Assembly: GCA_964016885.1 (NCBI GenBank)
Contig: OZ024743.1
Coordinates: forward strand, 298,964,001-299,028,000
Direction: 5' to 3'
DNA length: 64,000 bases
Source: Eledone cirrhosa
Lineage: Eukaryota
Shown here one piece after another: positions 40,690-56,009 of the stretch. Position numbers and translations under genes: made by a program. Under the pieces are notes generated by a model that was not told the DNA's origin, searched no databases, and saw nothing but the letters and a program-made list of their open reading frames with translations. Numbering within the stretch: the first letter of the stretch is position 1; each line of letters opens with the position of its first letter.

Positions 40690-40737
40690 GGAGCGAGAGA
40701 TAAATATGTTTATAGTTACGTATTTATATAAATATAT

Positions 40738-40825
<88 letters not shown>

Positions 40826-40849
40826 TCGTACATATATATATATATATAA

Positions 40850-42052
<1,203 letters not shown>

Positions 42053-42128
42053 TTATTAAAATAACAGATTAAAGTTTAAGCAAAGAATCGGGCCCTCTTT
42101 GGATTTTAGTCTTCAAATTTATTATTAT

Positions 42129-42192
<64 letters not shown>

Positions 42193-42846
42193 ATGTGTGT
42201 ATATGTATGTGTATAGATATGTATGCACATACTGTTAGATACATATACATATAAGTCAGTATTCATTTTATCGGAGAATAGAATAGACACGAAATATTTC
42301 GTCTGGTTTGGAGTAGACACGTTTAGTATTAACGAAAGCCTTCATTCTCATCCGTTTTATTTTGAATAATACATGAACGTCAAAGAATTTAGACTTATGT
42401 TGTTTCTTTTTTATCTTTTTTCCCTTTTCCTTTTTACCTTTTCAAACAATTACTCTAAACGACAAGAAAATTACCAATGAAATAACACATGTAATAAGAT
42501 TTCGCTCCAATAAACTATGGTAATTTTTGCCAAGAGAAATATAATAGCTAAATAAAATGGCAGATTTTACTTACTGTGAACTTACGACGCGTATAAGCTA
42601 AGTCATAAAAGCAACAAATCGTTGCCATAATTTCTTCTAGATTATTTATAAGCATAGACCATCAGAAATGATGTTCAACAACCTATTTGTAGATGGTCAC
42701 ATATTGTATATCAACTAGATACACATATACAGATACCTGAATAGATATCAGGCTCATTTGCCTCCCCTGTCTCATACATTACGGCATTTAACTACAGACA
42801 CATACACATAATATCTCTCCCTCTCCCCCACTCTCTCTCCCCTCTC

Positions 42847-42911
<65 letters not shown>

Positions 42912-42934
42912 GAAAATCTGCTTCGTAGAATCAA

Positions 42935-43030
42935 GACGTATCTGATGACCTTGGAATTTTCAGAGTCAGGTTAGCTCATCACATCAATCGTGCCTCGAGC
43001 TGGTCGCCAGAGAGACGATTGTAATATGTC
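42935..43030 (+). ncRNA. Type I HHR with about 60-nt helix II insert and GAAA to GAGA change
   Basis: GACGTAT-CTGATGA-[insert]-GAGA-CGATTG-TA^ATATGTC; 7-bp helix I, followed by CAATAAA. Confidence 0.6.
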
Positions 43031-43559
43031 CAATAAATTCCATTCGTTGCATCACTGATTCTCTTTTTTTTTCTGTGATTTCATACTCTGCTCTAGGAGA
43101 GCATCGGGTGCTCAAACGGCCTACCGCAAACGGACGCTTTAAGCATCCAACACCAATTATATATATATATACAACACGTAGACACGCAAATACATATATA
43201 TGTACATACGTAACAACAAGTACAACCCCCATATATATATATATATATATATAAATTGAAACAAAATGAAAACGAAATTTCATTTCTCACTCTTAGTATG
43301 GCACTTACTTAAATGTAAGTATGCATGTATACGTACATACATATATGTATACAGACGTACAGTAGCATGCACACATATATATATATATACATATATACAT
43401 ACATATGCATACAGGTACACATACATATATGCACGTATCAGTTTAGCGGCGCTTATTATAACGTCGCTTTGTTCGTTTGTAAACAAACTGAACAGCCTGA
43501 ATTTATGCCATACGGTGTTAAGGCAACCACGTCACCTTTTTGTTCAACACTGACACAGG

Positions 43560-43604
43560 AACGATGTACTAGTTTCAAGCTTGTTAGCTATCATCAGCAC
43601 CGTT
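43560..43604 (-). ncRNA. Minimal type I HHR, unit 1
   Basis: Minus strand: AACGGTG-CTGATGA-t-AGCT-aaca-AGCT-t-GAAA-CTAG-TA^CATCGTT; 7-bp helix I, palindromic helix III. Confidence 0.9.
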
Positions 43605-44031
43605 TACCCATCTGCCAGATAATTGAACGTTCGAAAGTATATACTTTCCTTATGAAAATTAACGGCTGAGCAGCCTAATTTGCATATTGAGTGAGTTAAA
43701 TCGGTCAGGCATACCGAAAACGATAAATTGAAACAAAATGAAAACGAAATTTCATTTCTCACTCTTAGTATGGCACTTACTTAAATGTAAGTATGCATGT
43801 ATACGTACATACATATATGTATACAGACGTACAGTAGCATGCACATATATATATATATATACATATATACATACATATGCATACAGGTACACATACATAT
43901 ATGCACGTATCAGTTTAGCGGCGCTTATTATAACGTCGCTTTGTTCGTTTGTAAACAAACTGAACAGCCTGAATTTATGCCATACGGTGTTAAGGCAACC
44001 ACGTCACCTTTTTGTTCAACACTGACACAGG

Positions 44032-44076
44032 AACGATGTACTAGTTTCAAGCTTGTTAGCTATCATCAGCACCGTT
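44032..44076 (-). ncRNA. Minimal type I HHR, unit 2
   Basis: Identical to the unit 1 motif. Confidence 0.9.
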
Positions 44077-44492
44077 TACCCATCTGCCAGATAGTTGGAC
44101 GTTCGAAAGTATATACTTTCCTTATGAAAATTAACGGCTGAGCAGCCTAATTTGCATATTGAGTGAGTTAAATCGGTCAGGCATACCGAAAACGATAAAT
44201 TGAAACGAAATTTCATTTCTCACTCTTAGTATGGCACTTACTTAAATGTAAGTATGCATGTATACGTACATACATATATGTATACAGACGTACAGTAGCA
44301 TGCACACATATATATATATATACATATATACATACATATGCATACAGGTACACATACATATATGCACGTATCAGTTTAGCGGCGCTTATTATAACGTCGC
44401 TTTGTTCGTTTGTAAACAAACTGAACAGCCTGAATTTATGCCATACGGTGTTAAGGCAACCACGTCACCTTTTTGTTCAACACTGACACAGG

Positions 44493-44537
44493 AACGATGT
44501 ACTAGTTTCAAGCTTGTTAGCTATCATCAGCACCGTT
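44493..44537 (-). ncRNA. Minimal type I HHR, unit 3
   Basis: Identical to the unit 1 motif. Confidence 0.9.
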
Positions 44538-44829
44538 TACCCATCTGCCAGATAGTTGAACGTTCGAAAGTATATAATTTCCTTATGAAAATTAACGGCT
44601 GAGCAGCCTAATTTGCATATTTGCACATTTAAGTAAGTGCCATACACATTTAAGTAAGTGCCATACTAAGAGTGAGAAATGAAATTTCGTTTTCATTTTG
44701 TTTCAATTTATCGTTTTCGGTATGCCTGACCGATTTAACTCACTCAATATGCAAATTAGGCTGCTCAGCCGTTAATTTTCATAAGGAAAGTATATACTTT
44801 CGAACGTTCAACTATCTGGCAGATGGGTA

Positions 44830-44874
44830 AACGGTACTGATGATAGCTAACAAGCTTGAAACTAGTACATCGTT
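44830..44874 (+). ncRNA. Minimal type I HHR, inverted unit
   Basis: AACGGTA-CTGATGA..GAAA-CTAG-TA^CATCGTT; G to A change breaks the core-proximal helix I pair. Confidence 0.8.
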
Positions 44875-45208
44875 CCTGTGTCAGTGTTGAACAAAAAGGT
44901 GACGTGGTTGCCTTAACACCGTATGGCATAAATTCAGGCTGTTCAGTTTGTTTACAAACGAACAAAGCGACGTTATAATAAGCGCCGCTAAACTGATACG
45001 TGCATATATGTATGTGTACCTGTATGCATATGTATGTATATATGTATATATATATATATATGTGCATGCTACTGTACGTCTGTATACATATATGTATGTA
45101 CGTATACATGCATACTTATATATATATATACTTATATATATATATCATTCACACACACGCACGCACATATATACCCCACCATATATATATATATATAGAG
45201 AGAGAGAG

Positions 45209-45410
45209 AGGAAAATGTTTGACCCCGACGGCAGAGCTCAAGCCGTTTTGACGGCTATTTCTGGACGTCTGGAGTCCAGAAATAGCCGTCGAAACGGCTT
45301 GAGCACTGCCGTCGGGGTCAAACATTTTCCTATTACCCACTCTACAAACCTAAGTATTGAGTAATCTGGTGCGTTATGATCCATCTGGTTCCTTACCATC
45401 CCTCCTTCGT
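45209..45410 (+). mobile_element. PLE terminal-repeat fragment with 5' fold-back (palindrome 45209-45331)
   Basis: Homologous to 28067-28268; GAAA-CGGC-ttgagcact-GCCG-TC^ggggtc is an HHR 3' half. Confidence 0.7.
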
Positions 45411-45595
45411 TATATATATATATATATACAAACACAGATACACACACACAACACACACATATATACATGCATGTACATTTCACATATATGCGTTCCTTCA
45501 TATATATATATATATATATACATGCTTGAATATATATATATGCATAAATACTGAGGTGTCGGTAAACAACCAACACATACTCAACATTTATATTA

Positions 45596-45651
<56 letters not shown>

Positions 45652-46408
45652 GTGTGTATCCATACGCAGACAGTCATATTTATACACATACAGATAAAAC
45701 ATAGTCGCCTTCTTTAGCAATTTATCTTGAAGGACCTCTCCAAAATTTGTTTCACCTTCATACGCGTTAGTCTCATGCATCTTTCTGGTATCAATTTGTC
45801 CGAAGATATTATCCAGATGAAATGATAAGATACTTTATTCAATTTATATTCACATGATGGGAAAATATATTTTCTGATTACTGACAAATTAATTTGGCTG
45901 AGAGCAGCCCGATCGACAAAAAAAATCAAAGTTCATATATAGCTTTTGTAATTTTCGACGCCAGGAATACACAGAAATCGGTTAGTTATGCGTCCATTCG
46001 CAGTGTCTGGGTGGGGTGTTCATTGATAGAAGTAAGTGTGCATGACACATGTGCCTATACATGTGTTTCCGTATAATGTGTATGTTCATATAAGTGAGTC
46101 TGTATGAGATATACGTGTGCATATAATATTTGATTTTCCCACTAACCTTTCTATTTTATAAAAGCTAAGATGAGGAGCAAATTGATATAGTCCATTGTAG
46201 AAAAAAACCCATTGCACACGTAAATGTTACCTCATTACAAAAGGCTGACTATTACTGTTGCGCTCTTACAAACTAAATGATTACAAAATGCATTTTGTTT
46301 TTGTTTTTGCTGCACTGGTATTTATTGATATGTATTAGCTTGCTGCAAAATACTGTTTTGTACTGGGGAGTACGGCTGCTGCCTTTGTTGCTAATCTTAC
46401 TGCGGCAG

Positions 46409-46584
<176 letters not shown>

Positions 46585-46739
46585 TCTCTGGCGTATAACC
46601 ACTGCTCCACATCCGTTGCCACTGTATTGCAAATAGCCGTACCCACCTATTTATTTTATAGCTATAAATAAAATCTGTTTTACTAGGCTTTAAATAATTA
46701 CAATGAGTCAATTGATATACAAAAAGCATAGTATAGGAT

Positions 46740-47260
46740 TGAGCGGACTGGTCTCCTCCACATGCCAAAGTTGTATGGAATTTCTGGAAAGATACTTAGA
46801 ATTCGTAAATATTTTTGGATGAAGTTATTTTAAATGATTCTGATGCCATTACATCCGTCGTTCCTGAAGTTTTTATTCTTGGTTCAACTTTGTACTTAGT
46901 ATTTATAAATTATCTTCCAGATGATATCATGTCTAACCATAATAATATTGCTGATAACGCTTCTTTGTATACTTGCTTGAATAAGAAGTCTGAGCTTTCT
47001 CATTTGGTGGAAGTGCCTAGCTCTACTGAGTTCAATCTGTGTTTAGTGAATTACTGAGTAGCTCAATGGATGGTTACTTTGAACTCTCCTCACAAATTCC
47101 AAACAAAAAGCCAAAAATACACGAACCTTTTTCCCGTTAATTGAGAGGGGAACTCCGATAATATTGCTATTTCTAATTATGCCAATATTCTTAATGAGTC
47201 TTCTAGTCTTCGTCATTTAGATCTATTTTCTTTCCCAAAATCTTACTTGGAATGATTACA
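46740..47260 (+). pseudogene. Decayed CR1/L2-like RT remnant
   Basis: SVVPEVFILGSTLYLVFINYLPDD..NIADNASLY resembles GVPQGSILGPTLFL.FINDLP..FADD. Confidence 0.7.
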
Positions 47261-48802
47261 CATAGCGAGTAATATCATAATTCGCTTAATGTTATAGTGC
47301 TTCATAATTCCGAAACGATTACAATGAAATCTATTGAAAATTACCCAGTTAAATGCATATGTAAATAACGTCAATGTCGGTGATTTATTTTACCATTGTT
47401 ATGTATCAAAGACTGAGGGAATGTTGCCTAAAATCAAACATTTGGTTGATCTGATATTTATAGAGTGATTGACAAATTAGAATTACATCATTCAGTACGT
47501 CATCTTCAGAATAAATCACATTTAAAAGTGTCAAATATATTCGAGTTATTCTTTTAATGTTAATCAATTAAAAAGTCTATAAAGGGCTAAATTTCAGTGT
47601 ATTATTTTAATCGTGAAAAAAGATGTTTAAAACAATTTCATATATAAGTCATTTCTAAAGTAAAATTTGGAAATTAATAGTTTTTAAACATACAGTGATT
47701 GGGCACAATTTTGTTGTTTGCATTGGGTTTAACTTTATTGAGATATCATAATATAATTATTATGTAAGTTATATTATTTTAGATCTATTATTTTCTTTCC
47801 TGCAAAACATATTCAAAATATTCTTATTCTGTCTCATCTCAGGTGGAGTCTCTGTTTGTGTTTTTCTCCCTCCTTGATAGAATGAAAATCACGTTTCTAA
47901 CAGGGTTAGCATTGCTTTACCTGCTAAACCGTGATACTATTCTCATGTCCTGTACAATACAACATTATTTATATTTTATAAACATTTCTTTGGTCGTAGT
48001 TCTAAAACGTTTCATTTGTTCCTCATCTTAAGGTTGATAATCGAATCAGTCGTTTTGCTATGACATTTCAGTTTTTCATAAGAGAAGAGATTCCACTTCA
48101 GAACTGTCGACATTATCTATTGACACTTTGATGTATTGGGTCCACGAACCATCTCACAACCTACTTCAATTATGATGGAGATGACAATCCGCAAGAAAAA
48201 GTCCACGAGATAAGGTGACATTTTCAGTAGACTGCTCTAGTTATTCTTTAGGGTAAAACATTCAGTATTTCATACCCAGTAACATCTCTCTAATGTATAA
48301 ATGCATATGTATATAAATTGAATGACCTATGGCAAGCATTGATTATTATGTTTTATTCATCATGTGAACGTTATTTTTCATGTAAAACATTTAGATAATA
48401 ACTGAAACGAGCACGCTAAGATATATTCCAGTATTCAGTAAAGCTGACCGCAATGGTCTAGAAACCTAGATCGTTGAAACACTAGTCTTCAAATAATTTC
48501 CCATAATACTCAACTAGTTTATACATAATATATTTGCGTTTGACTTCATGTGAATTGAAATTTTGTCGCTTATGCAAAATGCTTCTTGTATGAGAATTGC
48601 AAACTTTTATTATCATACAGCATATTAGAATTTTAATGGACAAATTAATTAGGTATTTTACTGTCTATTTTAATGTTACCATTTTACACCTATTTTTATT
48701 TAAAATTGAATGATCAGCGATAGAACTAATCAGGAAATGAAAACATCTTAATGTTTCAGCAAAGGAAAATACAAAAATATTACCCACCACGCACTCTCCC
48801 TA

Positions 48803-48886
<84 letters not shown>

Positions 48887-49186
48887 ATGGAAATACAAAT
48901 ATATACATATAAATACAGTTTTAATGTATATTAACAATATGCGTGTTATGTATAAAAATGTAATATTAATCAAATACACGGTCATATACTTTGGAGCATA
49001 ATCCACATGTGTTTTTCACATAAAAAATTCTAAACCAGAAATAGCAACGATAACAATAAGATCAATAATAACAATATCAGAAATAATGTAACAAATCGAT
49101 TATAGTTATACAAGACACAATAAAATATAGCAAACCACCAGAAATTGAATGGATTTTAGTTTTTGTATGTATTATTACTATTATTA

Positions 49187-49285
<99 letters not shown>

Positions 49286-50549
49286 GTGTGCGTCCGTGTC
49301 TGTATATATGTATATATATATATATGTGAAATAAATTGGAAGTAAGATGTTATGCAACAATAGGCAACCTACTGAATTATATAAAGAATTCAGCTGCTTT
49401 TCTGTAAAAATTGCTAACAAATATCAAATATGAAATTAAGTGAACAAGATATTGGCAGCAAGGAACGTTAGAATGATTTACGGAAGGAATAGAAAATATA
49501 GATTAAGTCTGACGACAACCATATTGAAAATAACATATTTCTAGTAACATTCAATAAAAGAAAAACTATTCAACAGCTCGTCATGACAGATATTAATAGC
49601 ATTCCATGGTATTTTGTCACTATTTGTAATAAACACCCAAATTCTTATATTTCGAATTGATGTATTTTCTTTCATTTTTATGTGCAAGAACAAACCACAT
49701 CACTTCAAAATCAGAACAAATGGATGAATGCATGTAAACATTTAACTGCCATTATTGTCAATAACATTTGTGTTGAGCGTTGGAAAGGTAAATTCTCTAC
49801 CAACCAACAACGTGATAAAATTTGAATTTTGATTAAAGTTATTTGCTGCAAATGTCATTTAAAGAAGCATGAATATCATCTTTCTTAGTTCCTTTTCTTA
49901 AAATATAAAAAGGAATTCTTATTGTCAATAATATTTGGAGAACATCGACAACTGAAAGTTTGCTACGAACCCAGTTCACTATATGCTTTCGATTATGGCT
50001 GAAAGTGACATACCCTTTCTTCATTATGGCTGGCATATTTACTGAAATAAATATGAAAACACTTTCTCTGAAAATATATAGACCAGAGTCCAAATGAAAA
50101 CAAATCAATCTTTATTTAAAATAATTAGAAATGATACATAGGGTTCCTTACATTGTTGTAATGTCGACATTGTGCAGGGTTTAGAGTGTAATCGATTGAG
50201 TCGACCCCAAGTCATTACTGGTAATTTAGTTTTCGTAAAAGATAATGGTCATGCTAACTTCCAAAATGATATATACCTCACTATGACGTTCAGCAAATTT
50301 AATACTTTCTATTAAAGTGTATGTAAGTCTACATGCAATTATTTAATTTTATTCTTGCTGGAAAAATATTGTGATTACTGAAGGAATAAACATATTTAAT
50401 GATGACTTAATTATGCTTTAATAAAAGATAATTTAGCAATATAATGTAATATAGGATATACACATCATATACATATTCATCTACTTTATATATATGCACG
50501 CACACACATACACAAACACATTCATTTACATATATATATGTATATATAA

Positions 50550-50617
<68 letters not shown>

Positions 50618-51589
50618 GTATATACATATATATGTGTGTGTGTGTGTGTGTCTGTGTATATACATCTACTATATATTGTATGTATCTTTCTCTCTTTCTC
50701 TCTCCCCTGTCTCTCTCTCTCTCTTCACACATATATATGTAATTATATTATTTAGCATATTTCAGCAATACACTTATAATTATTTTGAATAATATGAATA
50801 ACTCACGATAGATGAATAAATGAGCACCTTAATTGCGGCCAAAGGCATAAAACACTCATCAACCCGTTTAATTTCGAAAGCTTCACAGGCACTTTTTAGG
50901 AATTATATTTCAAATATTTCTGAATGCGCATTTAACAGTTCATAACTCACTAATACATAGAAATATAGTCCTATAATTGCTTACCTTTGAATTCTCAAAT
51001 TCATAAATAATTCTTTCAACGAGCTTTTAGCATTTAACATTTTTCATAATTGACAGTAAGTTATGGAGTAGGTTTAGCATTATAAAACAATTTGTTTACT
51101 TGCTAATATGAAACAAAATGAAATATTATGTTTCAAACATAGAACAAAAATAAAGTTGAGACTCATGCATAGCTGTGTGGTTTCAAGTTCCATCTTACTG
51201 GGTAGTGTTCTCGACAAGTTTCTCTTAAGATAGTCGTTAATTAAACAATATATTGAGAGTAGAATTATGCGAACAGAAGCTTTGCTGGGTCGATGAAATA
51301 AAGTAATAGAAATGCACTGGCGGTAATATTATCGATTTCTCCACCACCAAATTGTTGGTCTTGTGCCTAAATCAGAAACTATCATAAAAGCTAATATAAA
51401 ATCACATATATTATCCCTGCGCTGTAGAAATAATCAAAACAAATGACTCATTATGGGTAAGTACGTCACAATTAAAATATATATCTCCATATTGAGGACA
51501 AGACAACGGTACTAGCGACATAGGATTGAAGCTTTTTAATGTTGATGATGATGATAATGATGGATTCTCCGTCTATTTCAACGATAAAT

Positions 51590-51975
51590 ATTCAGTTGTT
51601 TGATCCACTGTACGTCCAATTCTTAAATAAATATCTAAGTGGTTGAGTATTCTACTGACCTTTAAGGTATGTCCTAAATCGAATAATACGTGACAATGCT
51701 AGACCTCTGCATTACAGGTACGGTCCAGTTGACGGGCTTCCATACAATTTCCGCCTATCCGATTTCACTAACAATATGTGAAATGATTCGACCCTTGAAT
51801 TACAGGAGCAATATATATAACTTGCTTTTATATAGTCTCCATCAGCCTAATTTCACCCACAAGTCTTGGGTTGACCTGAAGTTATGGTAAAGACAATTGC
51901 CCAATTGTAATGGGATCGAAAACAGAACCTCATGATTGTGAAGCAAACATTTTAACCGAACAGTCATGCCGGCTT
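51590..51975 (-). mobile_element. Decayed tRNA/CORE-like SINE
   Basis: Minus-strand head gccggcatgactgttcggttaaaatgtttgcttcacaatcatgaggttctgttttcgatccc..ttgggcaattgtctt. Confidence 0.55.
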
Positions 51976-52189
51976 TCTCAAATACATATACATGTGTGTG
52001 ATGTGAGATAGCCGCGTAACTCCTTTTTGGAGTCGTAGAGGTCCCGTAGAAGCATACGGCATTTCTTGGGCATTTTATAAGCCTGGTGAAGCTCATCCAT
52101 ATCCAGGTCTGAACTCAGAGAAGGGTTCAGGATGAGAGAAGAGAGAAAGTGAGAAAGAGATAGAGAGGAAGAAGAAGAAGAAGAAGATT

Positions 52190-52345
52190 CGATCCCAGTG
52201 TTGGACGTACAATTTTTATTGACCTCGAAAGGATGAAAGGCCAAGTTGAGCACGGCGGGATGTGAACTTAGAAAGGAGATAGCCAGTACAAATAAAGCAA
52301 ATCAATCTATCCGACATTCTAAGGACTGTACCAATTCACCGCTTA
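52190..52345 (-). mobile_element. SINE copy (dominant family)
   Basis: gacctcgaaaggatgaaaggccaagttgagcacggcgggatgtgaact..ccaattcaccgc. Confidence 0.75.
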
Positions 52346-53166
52346 TATATATACGTATAAACAGGTAAACGTCTGATGAATATTGCAAGAAGTATTAAAA
52401 AACTATTTTGAATGAAAAACAAGTTCTGCTTTTCAATACAAACTAAATAATTGAATTGTTTATTAAGTAAGAGAACAATTTGGTAAATGGTATTTTCATG
52501 CTTATTTCAGTTTTAGAAAAGAACACTTAGAAACAATTTATTTTCAGTTTTTTAGCAATATATCATGTTCAAATATATATAAAAATTGAAAATACAAAAA
52601 TCATGTTGCTGTGCTTGTTTGTATCTATAGATATGTCTGCGCGCGCGTGTATGAGTGTGTGCGAGTATATGTCATAAACGTTACGATTACAACATAAAAT
52701 ATGTTTAATATATAGTATATACTTACGAACAGAAACACACAAATATGTAGATATATAAAGGTTTCGTAAACAGGGAGGGTCCGGTATGCCGTAAAATCTG
52801 ACGATTGGTAACTGAAACATTAGAACACTTACAGGCAAGGATCAGGGGTTAGTAGGAAAAGCCAGGTGCTACCGACTAGATATGGTCGGGGTTTCCTCAA
52901 CAAAGTAATGAATACTGCTCTAAAGATTCTGGCAATTCATCACCTAACAACACAGTTACTACACCGTTGCAGTTGACCCTTCCAATGCAATATTTTAATC
53001 TTGTACTGATTTAAGAAATAATATAAATTATAACCAAATATGTTACCTACAGTGGTATGTTGTGCACACTTCTACTTCCTACTTACATACAGTTGATAGC
53101 TGCAATGAGAGTGTACAGCAGTATACATACATACATACATACATACATACACAACACACTAATACA

Positions 53167-53244
<78 letters not shown>

Positions 53245-53289
53245 TATAATAATTGTTTATATAATAATGATAATAATAATAATAAAGTG

Positions 53290-53620
53290 TTAAGGGCCTA
53301 GCCGTCAACAATGGCCATGAAATTTGCATCTAGAAAGATCCACACTGAGACACAAGCACTGGCAACACGTTTTTGTGGAGGACAAGCTGTCGCCCATGCA
53401 TACCAGTATCGCCTCTTCATGCCACCGATGTTGTCCAAGGGAAAAGCAAAGGCTGATACAGCTAGGAATCAGTGACGTCACAACATATTTCTAGAGTTAA
53501 GCGAACTGGAGCAAACTGAAATAAAGTGTCTTGCTCGAAGACTAAACACTCAGCCCAGTTCAGGAATTGAACTTACAATATCATGATTGTAAGTTCAGCC
53601 CTCTAAAACCACTAAGCCCT
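53290..53620 (-). mobile_element. tRNA/CORE-like SINE with (TTA)n tail
   Basis: Minus-strand gggcttagtggttttagagggctg..aagttcaattcc..cttcgagcaagacactttatttcagtttgctccagttc; tail at about 53260-53285. Confidence 0.7.
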
Positions 53621-53653
53621 ACACCTTTACAGAAAAAACACACATGTATATAT

Positions 53654-53833
<180 letters not shown>

Positions 53834-53962
53834 TATATCTATATCTATATTATGTGTGTGTATGTGTTGTATACATTACACAAGCCCGTTGATTTTCTCT
53901 CACGCAGGCGGACACATATATATGTTTGTGTGTGTGCACATATATATATATATGTATGTATA

Positions 53963-54085
<123 letters not shown>

Positions 54086-54559
54086 GTGTGTGTGTGTGTT
54101 CATGTGTAACTATGAGCACATGTGTGTACATGTGTGTGTGTGTGAATGTCTGAGCGTGTTTGTTCAAAAGCAAAGATATTTAACTTTCTCTTAACTATGA
54201 AGGCACTAATTAAGAAAAAACAACAACAAAAAAACATGTGGAAACATTTTAAAGCAAAATAGGTGCGACATGAGATTTGTTTCTGAAATGCTACATACAT
54301 TATATAAATTCTTTTATTTGTTCTATTGTGATCATAGTTCATATAAACATTGTTTGTCAATACAGAAAAATATATTTAAATTGATTAAACGTATTTAATA
54401 ATATATTTTATTATCTAGTATCTTATTTGATTAATTTTGATGTTTAAACGATTTTCATAGTTCAAAGATTATCTCTGAGATATTGATTTTGAATGTAAAC
54501 ATAAGCCTACAAATTTTCTCAGCTGAACATATGTGGACAATAAATCATTTAACTTGATG

Positions 54560-54800
54560 CTAGCTTTACTTTTCATCCTTATGGGATAGTTAAAATAAAG
54601 TACAGTAACGCACTGGTGTCTATTTAGTTGATTTTCCCCTTTACTTTAAATAGCTGGTCTAGTGCCAAAAGTAGAAAACAATATTTAACTTGGATATATT
54701 TCATCAACTTTGGAAGAATAGAAGACAGTCATTTACCGTGTAATTTGAAGTCATAGCATAAAGGAACCTAAGCCCAGTAAATTATTTAGTCCGATAATCT
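54560..54800. mobile_element. Decayed SINE copies (dominant family), tail to tail
   Basis: ctttacttttcatcc..taaaataaagtacag..gctggtctagtgccaaaagtagaaa, then an inverted remnant. Confidence 0.55.
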
Positions 54801-55185
54801 TCTGTTTCTGGTAGCTGTCCCTTTAAATAAGTTTTGAAAGAAGTCAAATAAGAGAAAAGCTATTAAAGCCAAATGACTACATTATAATATAATGGAGAAA
54901 ATGAAAAACCTGACACCAGTATTTGAAAACTTCTTGCATTTAGCATTAATCATAATGTGGAATAATGCTACAGAATATGACCTTAGTATCACTTGCACAA
55001 AGTAAAGATGAAGTCGCTACGACGTTGCGCCACCCGCTAGATATAATAGAAAGTTTTGCCTCAAATCACGCCCCCCACCGATTACAAAGGAAATACAAAC
55101 TACAATTTTACATAGTTCTGGATGCGTAGAAATATAAACGGAATCGCTACGACTGGATAAGATATTCAAGATATGAATCAAAATA

Positions 55186-55362
55186 CGAGGGTAGTCTGAA
55201 AAGTCCATAGGCTGACCAAGATACTTTCATGGAATGACCAAATGACGTTGATTTTCAACATAGTCCCTAGAATAAGAAGAGTTGAAATTAATGTATGTAT
55301 GATTTCACAGCTTTAGCATCATTCCTTCATAGCCAGGCTATGAACTTTTCAGCCGACCCTCG
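55186..55362. mobile_element. Mariner-type MITE with TA target-site duplication
   Basis: TA-cgagggtagtctgaaaagtccatag..ctatgaacttttcagccgaccctcg-TA. Confidence 0.85.
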
Positions 55363-56009
55363 TATATTTATTGCGAACTTCTCAGTAGGAATTGTGGTGA
55401 ACTAGATTCTTTTTCAATGATGATTGTTGAACTTGACTAGAGGTTAAAAATATTCGTTAAAAAAAAAGATATATCACTCTGTAACTTTTACCATACACGT
55501 ACGAATTAATAAAAATATGAAAATATCTTTGCTTCCATTGATTTTGATTTATCCTGAATTTTGTAGTTTTCATACATAGCATTCAATTATTCATATGTTG
55601 TATGAATGTTTCCTTGATTATCATTTCTTGTTTATTGTCCAACTTATAACAATGTAATAAAGGAGAATTCAATAGCATAACTAGATGAAAGGTGGTGATG
55701 AGGATGAAATGTAAATTTCCTACGGTGACTATATGCACATTACTTAGGTTGTAAAATAAAAAAAATTGTTATAGCGATACTTAAATATGATTTAGCGGTA
55801 CAGAAATTAACAATGATTTTCAGATTTCATGTATAATATTTATATCATATAGTAGGATGGAAGATAGTAGTGTACAAACGTGCAACATAATCAGCCTTAT
55901 CATGTCGCTAAGAAACCATCTGATAGGTAACACATGATTCAATTCATTATTAGGAAGACAGAGATTTTGCGACTTCTCTTTTTACTCACACAAAGAGTAT
56001 GTATGTATG

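Larger units (their letters stand above)
43251..45118 (-). mobile_element. Retrozyme-like array: about 3 tandem 472-bp units plus one inverted unit, each with a minimal HHR
   Basis: Unit starts at 43251, 43723 and 44195; inverted unit about 44646-45118; no real ORF; bounded by (TA)n. Confidence 0.85.

Noticed and set aside
43266-45109. Repeated 68-114 aa ORFs in the 472-bp array
   Set aside because: Partly microsatellite-derived, no recognisable domain; they recur only because the DNA is repeated.
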